DNA from: an uncultured Gammaproteobacteria bacterium
GTDB taxonomy: Bacteria > Patescibacteriota > Patescibacteriia > Patescibacteriales > UBA12465
Reading direction: 5' to 3'
Assembly (NCBI GenBank): GCA_964509735.1
Contig: CAZDYJ010000002.1
Location: forward strand, 481-64,480
Length of the DNA: 64,000 bases
The position numbers and the translations under genes are program-made. Of the stretch, positions 26,127 to 35,235 are shown in pieces; position 1 is the first letter of the stretch; each line of letters begins with the position of its first letter. The notes beneath the pieces were generated by a model, which was given only the letters and a program-made list of their open reading frames with translations, was not told where the DNA came from and made no database searches.

Positions 26127-29100
26127 TTATTCCAAACGCTGCATAAGATCTTCGCCACCACCACCTCCACTGTTTCCCTCAATCTCTTTAACAACAGAAC
26201 CCCCACCTCCGCCGCCGCCACTACTAGAAGGACTGCTGCTTACAACACACACACCATTATAATTCATTGTTCCGTTTATAACTTTGCTGCCAATAGTTTT
26301 ACAAGAATCTCCAAAATATCTAACTATAAAATCAGTTCCCACACATTCATATCTATAACGATCACACCAATTAGTTGTTAGCCAGTTGTCTGTGCAATTA
26401 CCAGGAATTCTTGATGATCTTAAATCATCTTTGTCTCGACAACTATCCCCTGTGGCCACACCAATTCTTTTTAAATCTTTAAACCCAATTGGGCATTTTA
26501 TTTGATTTGTTTTGTGAGTATTATCACTTGATGTATATTTCGTGTTGTCTACGCAAATAGGATTATCTATTTGAATAAATGTACAGTTAGCTAAAGGGTT
26601 TGTTGGGTTAGAAAAAGAATCTGATAAACATATTTTTTTAGGATAGGTGTTGTTTATTTGACTACTTGTAAACCGATAGCTTTTTGTAGATACACCCTTG
26701 TAATACTCGTATGTTACTCCGGCTAAAGTTGCATCTCCTTCAAGAAATTGTATGTCTTTAACAATTTCCTCAACTACCCAACTTTTCTTTTCACATTTAT
26801 TGCTAGTGCATTTATAACCTAAGTCGCATTGTCCATCGGCTGTGCAATAACTTGGGTCAGCCTTACAGTCTCTGATAGCAAAATCACAAATAAAGCCTAT
26901 ATCACAGTCTCTGTCAGAAAAACAGGCTGTGTCATCTCCTTCGCCAGCATTAATACCACAGTCAACAGGACAAGTAGCTCTTCTTTCTTTAGCTGTCTGA
27001 CAAAAACCATCTCCACAAAAACCGCCACCATCAAGAGGATATTTAAAGACACAATAATTTCCAGAGGATATTTCAAATGGAGTCTTATCCCCTACGTTTG
27101 TATTACAAGCATACTGACGGTTAATAGAGCTGTTGTCTAAAGCATGGGCCGCCACACCATCTAATCCGTCACAATCTTCATAGCCATCATTATATAAACC
27201 CCCGCGTCCTTCAGAGTTAGGCGCCTGCTTAATGCCATCACCACAATAACTATTTATTCTCAAGCTAAATTCTTTCTGTGACTTTGCTCCAAAAGGAGAG
27301 GTAGCTGACACCTTAACATTAAAATATGATCCAGCCTGATTGCCAGGAAAAGATTTTGGATATCCGCTTATATAAAAACTATTTTGAGAAAGTTCAGCAC
27401 TGCCTAAATCTAAGCTAAAATCAGAGCTCGGCAAACCTTCTAAACGATAAGTAGTTTTTTGATCTAAATAAGAATCTGGGCCGACCAAACAATTATAAAA
27501 ATACTTATAACTACCCGACGAATTAATTCTCGCTGATAAAGGACAGGAAAAATTTAAAGGTGGTTTAGGTGATAAAAAATCCACATAAAATACTTTATTA
27601 AACCATTTATTATTTCTGTCTCTAACTCTTATATCAAAGCCAATTCTAACATCGTTAGAGAACTCTCCATTAGGATAATTTGCGGGATTAATAGTTCCGG
27701 TATAACTAACTTTATAGCGATTATTACCGGATGGAACTGGTTTTCCATCCCCTTCTCTTACAAAAAATGATCCAACTTCTGGTCCGGAAATTTTTTGTAC
27801 TACATAGTCGGAAGCACTGGGATTAGGGGATAAATTTTCTCCTGAAAAATAAAAACTATAATAAAAAGGAGTTCCTTCTTTAAGGGTGTGAATAGAATTT
27901 TCTGCTTCAATAAAAACGCCAGGCTCCTCTATTTTAATACTAAATGTTTCTTCAATGGCGCCACCGCGACCATCACTGACAATTAAATTAAAGTTATAGT
28001 TATTATTTGAGGGAGTTATTGGAGTTGAGGCGGCATAAACTTTTTTTTCAAATTTATTACTAGTATCAATTAAAACTGGTGCAGCACTCCAGCCAAGCCA
28101 TTTAGAAGCATCACCAGTTGATATTTCCCATTCTAAAGGATCGTTGTTTTCATCAAAAACCCTAATATAGCCATTTAAAGCTCTCCCAGCTTGAGCACTT
28201 AAATAATAGTCGACTACAATAGGGGAAATATTAGCACCGCTTCCACCTCCGGTTGTAAAATTAGTTAAACAAGCCGAACCACTATAATCACCGGGATTAA
28301 ATTCATATCCAAAATCATAACTTTCTAAAGAGGAGCATAAATTGTAACTCGAACCCTCTGAATTAGAAGCATAAACCATAACATAGCTGTTATCTGGTAA
28401 TGGCAAAGATTGTGGACCTGGATCATTTACAAAGCGTCGACTAATTTCATCCCAGCAAGTAATTTTATCAAAACCTGGGCAATAACCAAGTCTATTTATA
28501 GGATCAACATAATTTGGAGAAACGGCCAATTCACTTAAAAAATTCTGAGACCAACTAGGCCAGACAGACACGCTTTTGTTTGCCAAATAAGTTCCAGCTG
28601 TTAAACGAGGATAGTAACCAGTTTTCTGGCGATAATTAGCTAAAGCTTCTTTCATTTCCTCTAAACGTCCGATTCTTTTAGTATCTCTTATAATCATTGC
28701 TTTATGACTGTCACAAAAAAATCCACTCGGACAATCACTGTCAATTAGACAATTTTTTTTATTTAATAAAACACATGATCCCGTGCTGTTTCCTGAGGTT
28801 GAACAAATTTGATCATTAGAACAATCACTATCGTTTTGACAAGAAAAAGATGACACAGAGCAGGAATAAGAAGCATCCGAAAACTCTCCTTTACTTAAAT
28901 TATCATTAAACTTCCAACGAGAAATTATTTGTCCTAAAATATCAACTGTTTTTTCTGATGGCTCCTGGCTATAAGAAATAACATATATATTTGTAAACAC
29001 ATCTTTGCTGTCACTGACATTAGCAGCATTTACATAAACAGTTCGTCCATCTCTTATCGCTTCATAGCCATCAACCGTTAGAGCTTGTGGTGATCCAGCA

Positions 29101-29300
29101 AAGCCCTGACTTCTGTACCAAGAGGCGATGCTGTAATGATTGGGATTAGGAACAACTCGAACCGCAATAGCATCAGCTGAATCAGAAAAAGGATTTGAGT
29201 TTTCTTGAGCCTCGGCTGGATAAAAAACCAAAGCGGCTAAAAAAACAAAAGCAGATACTAAAATAAAACGACGAATGTTCATATTTTTTTCATTTTTCAT
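26127..29300 (-). CDS. Large secreted Cys-rich surface protein with internal pilin/GspG-like domain, Ig-like domains and CGDG repeats
   Basis: Signal peptide (AEA-Q); CxxDxDC motifs; RDTKRIGRLEEMKEALANY..TGYYP...DP...YNLCSSLE; YCGDGIKQ..EDCD; Gly/Ser tail. Confidence 0.8.
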   Translation of the reverse strand: MKNEKNMNIRRFILVSAFVFLAALVFYPAEAQENSNPFSDSADAIAVRVVPNPNHYSIASWYRSQGFAGSPQALTVDGYEAIRDGRTVYVNAANVSDSKDVFTNIYVISYSQEPSEKTVDILGQIISRWKFNDNLSKGEFSDASYSCSVSSFSCQNDSDCSNDQICSTSGNSTGSCVLLNKKNCLIDSDCPSGFFCDSHKAMIIRDTKRIGRLEEMKEALANYRQKTGYYPRLTAGTYLANKSVSVWPSWSQNFLSELAVSPNYVDPINRLGYCPGFDKITCWDEISRRFVNDPGPQSLPLPDNSYVMVYASNSEGSSYNLCSSLESYDFGYEFNPGDYSGSACLTNFTTGGGSGANISPIVVDYYLSAQAGRALNGYIRVFDENNDPLEWEISTGDASKWLGWSAAPVLIDTSNKFEKKVYAASTPITPSNNNYNFNLIVSDGRGGAIEETFSIKIEEPGVFIEAENSIHTLKEGTPFYYSFYFSGENLSPNPSASDYVVQKISGPEVGSFFVREGDGKPVPSGNNRYKVSYTGTINPANYPNGEFSNDVRIGFDIRVRDRNNKWFNKVFYVDFLSPKPPLNFSCPLSARINSSGSYKYFYNCLVGPDSYLDQKTTYRLEGLPSSDFSLDLGSAELSQNSFYISGYPKSFPGNQAGSYFNVKVSATSPFGAKSQKEFSLRINSYCGDGIKQAPNSEGRGGLYNDGYEDCDGLDGVAAHALDNSSINRQYACNTNVGDKTPFEISSGNYCVFKYPLDGGGFCGDGFCQTAKERRATCPVDCGINAGEGDDTACFSDRDCDIGFICDFAIRDCKADPSYCTADGQCDLGYKCTSNKCEKKSWVVEEIVKDIQFLEGDATLAGVTYEYYKGVSTKSYRFTSSQINNTYPKKICLSDSFSNPTNPLANCTFIQIDNPICVDNTKYTSSDNTHKTNQIKCPIGFKDLKRIGVATGDSCRDKDDLRSSRIPGNCTDNWLTTNWCDRYRYECVGTDFIVRYFGDSCKTIGSKVINGTMNYNGVCVVSSSPSSSGGGGGGGSVVKEIEGNSGGGGGEDLMQRLE

Positions 29301-29328
29301 AAAATCAAAGCTATGGAAAATATATTTT

Positions 29329-32300
29329 TTAATCTCCTAAGGGAATAAAAAGCAATTCTTCTGACTTAGAACTTTCATTACCAGAACCATCAATTGCTGA
29401 TATGGCTATATAATTACCAGAAAAAGAAAACTCAGAAGCAGAAAATACAAGATTATTTAAAGCTTCACCACTTTTTTTAACTGGAGAGTCAAAAGATTTT
29501 CCATAAAGACCCGGTCTTAATCCGATGTAAATTCGGTAAAAAGAAGTGTCGTCATTATTTTCTTGCCAGCTAATACGAACTGAGTTTTCTCCAACAGGAT
29601 TAGCCTCTAAATTTTGTGGAACACTTGGAGCTGTTTTGTCAGTAGGCATGGCTATTTTTTCGTTAGCAGCTGGACTTTCGGCTTTGTTAACTGAAACAAC
29701 GCCAATTCTAAAAGCATAATTAAAGCCATTATCTAAACCAGATACAATAGCCGAACAGCTATAGATATTATTATTTAAACTACATATATCAGTATTGTTG
29801 GCCTTAATTTCTCTAAAAGATATTTCACTTTTGCCCGCACGAATATAATATATTTTGTAAGCATCAACTTGATCAGCATTTGACTCCCAAGAAATTTTCA
29901 CCTGACCACTGGTTTTTAAATCCAAGGCTTCAATTATCCTTCCTGAAGATGGTAATTTTTCTCTAAAGAAATATGATTCTTTTAAAACATTCCAAATACA
30001 TATTCCATCAGGCACACCATCACCATTTCTATCATCTCCACAACGATCATTTACATTATTGCAAGAAGCGGGGCGATCAGAGCTGCAAATCAAGTTATTA
30101 TTCCTACCAATAATCACCGGTTCATTTAAAACAGCTGGTAAATCATCGTATGTTCCGCTGGTTCCAGCATCGCGACAATAATAAAAGCTATAATTAAAAT
30201 TACCGCAATCACTTTCTCCAATTGTACAATTATTTACACTATCGTACCAAGGAGACCATAGGCCATCACGACTAATCGCTGGCCAAGGATTGTTACATAT
30301 AAATACAAAAATGTCAGCGTTTTTATTAAAGTTATTGCCAGCCGAATAGTAATTACAACAATTTTCTTCACAAATATCATTAGAACAAGAACAGGTCGCG
30401 TCGCTATTACAAGTTGACCCTGGAGTGTTAGCGATAAAACGAGACATATCTATAGAAGCGTTTATTTTTGTTTTACCATCAGTTATACCTTTTTGAGCTG
30501 AAACAAAATATTGATTTAAAGGTAAGCCGTTTAATCTTTCTCCTTTGGCGATTGTTTCATCAGCAATAGTAAACTTATAATCCCAAAAATAGCCACCAAC
30601 TGGACGCAAGGATTGTCCGTCACTGCTTAAAGCAAAGGCGCTCCAGACTTTATCCTTATCAGCTTTTGAATCAAAACTACCTGAACCAGGAATATCTTTT
30701 TCTTCAGACTCCAAGGCGTTGTCAGTAGTTTTAAATAAATAGGAAATAGGCTTAACATCGATATTCGAAATAGCACATATGCCAGACATGGCACTTTGAG
30801 AAGAAAGGGTTGAAAATTTAATTATTTCAGAATTTTTAAAACTCTTTTCATTAAATTTAATATTCTCAGCTTCTAAAAATCCGCTTGGGATAGAAGCATC
30901 GGGATAACCACGACCATTAAAACCAACTCCTTTAAGACTTAGTATACCTGTTTGACTATTTAAATTTTCATCACCTAAAACTAATAAATAGTAATTAGTA
31001 GATGGTGATAAAATAGTATTTGATAAAAAATTAACAGTACTGGCTTCGGCCGTATTTTCTAAAAATGCTTTACCAGGAATCATACAATAAAGTTTGTCCT
31101 CACTTGGTTTTTCAGCTAATGCCCTATTACTTAGAGATGGTGAGAATAAAGAGGCAATTTTTCTAACTGAAACTCTAAAGAAATTTTCTATTCTGGCAAA
31201 GAAATTATTATTATAAGCTATAGCGTCTTTTAAAGACTCAGCTGAAGCTACAAAAGAGCCGTTTGGACAAATCCCATCCCCAAAAGATCTTTCCTCAATT
31301 AGAACAATATTATTGTCTAAGGACGATTGATCCATTAACTGATTAAAGCTAAATTTTAAAATAGCATTACGACAAACATTATCTGATAAATGGGCTGGAA
31401 AACTCGAAACGATTGTTGGTCTTGTTTCACAACAAGTATCATTACCACAACCAACTAGTTCTGGTGAGCCACATTGCTCATCGGTTTCACAACCACAACA
31501 TAAACCTCTTTCTGCTCCAGCACAATTTCCGCGATCAGCGATACAAGATAAATTCGGATTAATATTTTGACATGAATCAAAAGCTCCCGGAGTAGTTACC
31601 GGCTGACAACAACAAGTTCCACAATCACCTGAAGTAGCTGAGCCAAGAACCCCTCCCTCTGCCATACAAGAAAATCCTGGAGCACTACACAAAGAAGTGT
31701 CACAAACATAGGGGTCTTTAATGCCAAAATAACCACTTACAGAACAAGATAATCCAACGCCACTTATAGGATTAGCACAGGCTGATTCACATTCCTTAAT
31801 ACCTTTATAGTTTCCTGTTTTTAGTTTAGTTTCAGAAGCACAAAGCTTTTCTTCTTCCTTACAATCATAATAAGCACAGTAACCTTGGTTTTCTGGATTG
31901 CCATCATTTATAACTTCTCCTAAGGTACACTTTGACTCCTTGGCATCAAAGCAGCAACGACCACTGGCTTCAGCTGAACAAGCGTCAAACCCTTCTAAGG
32001 CTGAGCATGGATCACTTAAAGCACATTCGGTTTCACATTTTTCTAAACTTAAATAACTACCTGTTTTAACAGGATAACTAGAAGCACAAACATTTGATTC
32101 AGTAGCGGAACAATTATAATAAGCGCAATAACCAAAGTCCTCACTTAAAGGATTATCGCTTATTAAATTGCCTTTTCCACCTCGACAAATCCCTGAGGCA
32201 GAGTCTAAACAACAAACATTAGCATGTTCAAGACAAGCCTCTGGGCTCAAACTAGCACAATCAGTACAATATCCATTTGGAAAACTAGAATCATTAACTT

Positions 32301-35196
32301 CACAAAATTGACCACTGGTTCCTGAACAATTACAAGCAGCATCTCTTTCAAGGGCAGTATCTCCAGCAGCCGCACAACCACTACAACGACCTAAACCACT
32401 ATCATCGTTTGTAGTATCACTACCACAAGTTCCTCCGCATTGTAATTGAACAACTTCGCCGTCTTTGTTTTGAAAAGAGCAGCAATCCCGAGCACTCTGC
32501 CCAACGGTACAACAACAATCACAGCTAGCGCTTTTTGTGGAAACACAACGGCCTACCGAAGAATCACTCTCAGACTCACAAATGGACCCACTAGGACATA
32601 ATTTATTTGAAATACAGCGACCAAAACCATTTATATTTTCACATTTCAAACCGTAGTCGCAGCTAGAACAAGTTGAAGTTGGATTATAGCATTTATCTCC
32701 CACACCTCTTATAAATCCTTCTGGGCAAGATGATGTTAAATTTATTTCCAAACGTCCATTTTCATTACAATATAATTTAGTAGATAAAGCCTGTCCATTT
32801 AACTCATATTCGAAAGATTGATCTAAATCACAATTTTGCTCTTGTTCGTTTTCTAAGTTTTGTAAACATTTATCAAGGTTTGTGTTATAAGTACAATTAT
32901 TTTCTCCAATTCTACAACCAGCTACACTTGAACAATCATAACTACAATTGACACCAAATATTTTATCTCCACCAGCATAAGGAGAACATATACCAGAAGC
33001 ATTTGGACAGGCACCAACATTACAAAATCCGTAATATTTAGATAATCCGGCACAGCTATCTGCTTCTGTCTCTGGATTAGAAAAAGCGGTACTAAAACTC
33101 CATTCATAAACAGAGCTCGGTACGTCAACATAACATTTATCAAGTGTATTAACACACATTCCTTTTTTAAAAGTGCCAGCCGGACAACAAACCTGAGACC
33201 CACAATCAGAATTAGAAATACAAGCCCCAACTGAGAAATTTAAATCATTACCATAAACACCGTTTTTAAATATTCTAACAGGACCAGTAATTGAATTTTC
33301 CGGCACAGAAGTTTCCACCTTATCAGCCCGACCATCTTTCTTAACTATAGCTGACACATTATCAGAACCATTGAATTTAATTGAGACCTCGCTAGAAGGG
33401 GCACCAAAATATTCACCCCAAATAGCAACCTTAGTTAAGGTTGGTCCGCGAATAGGATCTATTTTACACAAACTTGTTTTTAAATCTATATTTTGATCAA
33501 AAGTAAAGGCTTTGGGATTTAAATTATCAGTGCTAACAGTTTTATCTCCTAATTCAATTTTTATAACATAGTCGGAAGGATTTAAATCTTTAGGAACTTT
33601 AACCATTATCTGATTATCTTTCCAAACAGAATTTAAACAAACTTCTGGAAAATCATAAGAAGCTTCAATGTCTCCAAAAAAAACTTTTCTATTACCCTTT
33701 GCTCCTCCAAAACCAGATCCATAAATAGTTACGTATTGACCAGTGTTTCCAGAGCTTGGAGAAAACGAAGAAATAAAAGCCCCTTCATTAGGTTCTTTTT
33801 CTTTTACAAATGTTAAAAAATTACTTTTCTCCAAACTACCATTTAAGGTTGCCTGGACAAAACTTCCTGACTCACCAGCTCGAATATTTGGAGTAGCTGA
33901 CAAACCTTGTAAGCCTTTGGGGTCACTAAAATCAGAAACAAGGCCTCTAACATTAGTTTGATAATTTCCAAAATAAGCCTCGCCTGAGAAAAGATTAACA
34001 CCGGAATAAGAAACCTCCGAACTTAACTGTCCTCTTATTGGATCAATTTCGCATAAACCAGGACGAACAATACTATTGGAACGAAAATCTGGAATAATTG
34101 GGCCATAGTCATTATTGGTTGTGTCAAAAAGAGAATCGGCGGCAACAACTTTTATAGGACCAGTCGCTGCGCCAGCTGGAATAGCGATAATTATCTGATC
34201 ACTTCTCCAGAAACTAATACAGTCTGGATTTATAATGTTTGGCCTATCAGCTTCTTTTTCAGTGCCACTTCCTAAAAAAATAACCTTACTCTTATCAGCA
34301 TCATAAGATCCAAAATTTCGTCCAGTAATAGTTAGAAAATTTCCCGTCGCTCCATTGGGAGCACTTAAGTTGCAAGTATCACTACAATCTGCGTCCGTTT
34401 TACAACTTTTATTCTGTTCATTCTGACAAAAACCGCCCGCTGGACTAATATCAATTATAACGGGAGACCCTATACAGGTACAAGAATCGGGACTACAAGT
34501 TAAATAGGCGCCACATAAAGCATCATCAGCCTGACAAGTAGAGCCGCTTGAAGATCTATTACAAGAATCACCAGCCTGACCCAAGGGGCGACATAAACAG
34601 CTGTTGTCACAGTAATTTCCCTCGCCACAAATTTGATCAGTAGCTTGGCAACCAGGCAAAGCACTACCATCACAACTAACAGGGCCACAACCAGCTCCAT
34701 AACAACCACTACAATCAGAGCCTATACAAGCGCCAAAAGATCCATTGTTCCAAACCATGTATCCTCCACAACCACAAGCTTGAGTATCTCCGCTATTGTA
34801 TCCCCAATTATCACCGCTTATTACGCCGCTAATTCTATTAATTAAAAAGCTGGCAATTCCCCAAGAGGCTAAAATTATAACTAAGCCAATAACTCCAGCA
34901 ACTAGTATTTTTTTAGCTTCGGAAACTTTTTCTTCATTTCCGCCTGAGGTCATCCATTTAAAACCGCCATAAAGAATTATGCCCACCGCTAATATACCTA
35001 AAAACCCTAAGGCAAAATTTATTATTCTTCCCGCCGTTTCCCTTGGGTCGCTATTTGTTTCGCCAAGTGATCCGTCTAAACCACTGGCCACCTGGTCAAT
35101 CCCGTAGTCTTGAGCAAAGGCTATGCGAAAAAATAAAATACCTCCCAATAAAAGCAGGAAAGAAGTTATCTTAAAAAATTTTTTTCTGTTTATCAT
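29329..35196 (-). CDS. Giant surface protein: VirB2/TrbC-type pilin domain + IPT/TIG repeats + Cys-rich region + Ig-like (Big_5) + Fn3 domains
   Basis: LGFLGILAVGIILYGGFKWMTSGGNEEKVSEAKKIL..VIGLVIILASW; ISSFSPSSGNTGQYVTIYGSGFG (IPT); VCRNAILKFSFNQLMD; DKTAPSVPQNL (Fn3). Confidence 0.85.
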   Translation of the reverse strand: MINRKKFFKITSFLLLLGGILFFRIAFAQDYGIDQVASGLDGSLGETNSDPRETAGRIINFALGFLGILAVGIILYGGFKWMTSGGNEEKVSEAKKILVAGVIGLVIILASWGIASFLINRISGVISGDNWGYNSGDTQACGCGGYMVWNNGSFGACIGSDCSGCYGAGCGPVSCDGSALPGCQATDQICGEGNYCDNSCLCRPLGQAGDSCNRSSSGSTCQADDALCGAYLTCSPDSCTCIGSPVIIDISPAGGFCQNEQNKSCKTDADCSDTCNLSAPNGATGNFLTITGRNFGSYDADKSKVIFLGSGTEKEADRPNIINPDCISFWRSDQIIIAIPAGAATGPIKVVAADSLFDTTNNDYGPIIPDFRSNSIVRPGLCEIDPIRGQLSSEVSYSGVNLFSGEAYFGNYQTNVRGLVSDFSDPKGLQGLSATPNIRAGESGSFVQATLNGSLEKSNFLTFVKEKEPNEGAFISSFSPSSGNTGQYVTIYGSGFGGAKGNRKVFFGDIEASYDFPEVCLNSVWKDNQIMVKVPKDLNPSDYVIKIELGDKTVSTDNLNPKAFTFDQNIDLKTSLCKIDPIRGPTLTKVAIWGEYFGAPSSEVSIKFNGSDNVSAIVKKDGRADKVETSVPENSITGPVRIFKNGVYGNDLNFSVGACISNSDCGSQVCCPAGTFKKGMCVNTLDKCYVDVPSSVYEWSFSTAFSNPETEADSCAGLSKYYGFCNVGACPNASGICSPYAGGDKIFGVNCSYDCSSVAGCRIGENNCTYNTNLDKCLQNLENEQEQNCDLDQSFEYELNGQALSTKLYCNENGRLEINLTSSCPEGFIRGVGDKCYNPTSTCSSCDYGLKCENINGFGRCISNKLCPSGSICESESDSSVGRCVSTKSASCDCCCTVGQSARDCCSFQNKDGEVVQLQCGGTCGSDTTNDDSGLGRCSGCAAAGDTALERDAACNCSGTSGQFCEVNDSSFPNGYCTDCASLSPEACLEHANVCCLDSASGICRGGKGNLISDNPLSEDFGYCAYYNCSATESNVCASSYPVKTGSYLSLEKCETECALSDPCSALEGFDACSAEASGRCCFDAKESKCTLGEVINDGNPENQGYCAYYDCKEEEKLCASETKLKTGNYKGIKECESACANPISGVGLSCSVSGYFGIKDPYVCDTSLCSAPGFSCMAEGGVLGSATSGDCGTCCCQPVTTPGAFDSCQNINPNLSCIADRGNCAGAERGLCCGCETDEQCGSPELVGCGNDTCCETRPTIVSSFPAHLSDNVCRNAILKFSFNQLMDQSSLDNNIVLIEERSFGDGICPNGSFVASAESLKDAIAYNNNFFARIENFFRVSVRKIASLFSPSLSNRALAEKPSEDKLYCMIPGKAFLENTAEASTVNFLSNTILSPSTNYYLLVLGDENLNSQTGILSLKGVGFNGRGYPDASIPSGFLEAENIKFNEKSFKNSEIIKFSTLSSQSAMSGICAISNIDVKPISYLFKTTDNALESEEKDIPGSGSFDSKADKDKVWSAFALSSDGQSLRPVGGYFWDYKFTIADETIAKGERLNGLPLNQYFVSAQKGITDGKTKINASIDMSRFIANTPGSTCNSDATCSCSNDICEENCCNYYSAGNNFNKNADIFVFICNNPWPAISRDGLWSPWYDSVNNCTIGESDCGNFNYSFYYCRDAGTSGTYDDLPAVLNEPVIIGRNNNLICSSDRPASCNNVNDRCGDDRNGDGVPDGICIWNVLKESYFFREKLPSSGRIIEALDLKTSGQVKISWESNADQVDAYKIYYIRAGKSEISFREIKANNTDICSLNNNIYSCSAIVSGLDNGFNYAFRIGVVSVNKAESPAANEKIAMPTDKTAPSVPQNLEANPVGENSVRISWQENNDDTSFYRIYIGLRPGLYGKSFDSPVKKSGEALNNLVFSASEFSFSGNYIAISAIDGSGNESSKSEELLFIPLGD

Positions 35197-35235
35197 TTTT
35201 TTAAACCTATATTTCGGTTTTAATTTTATATAAAA

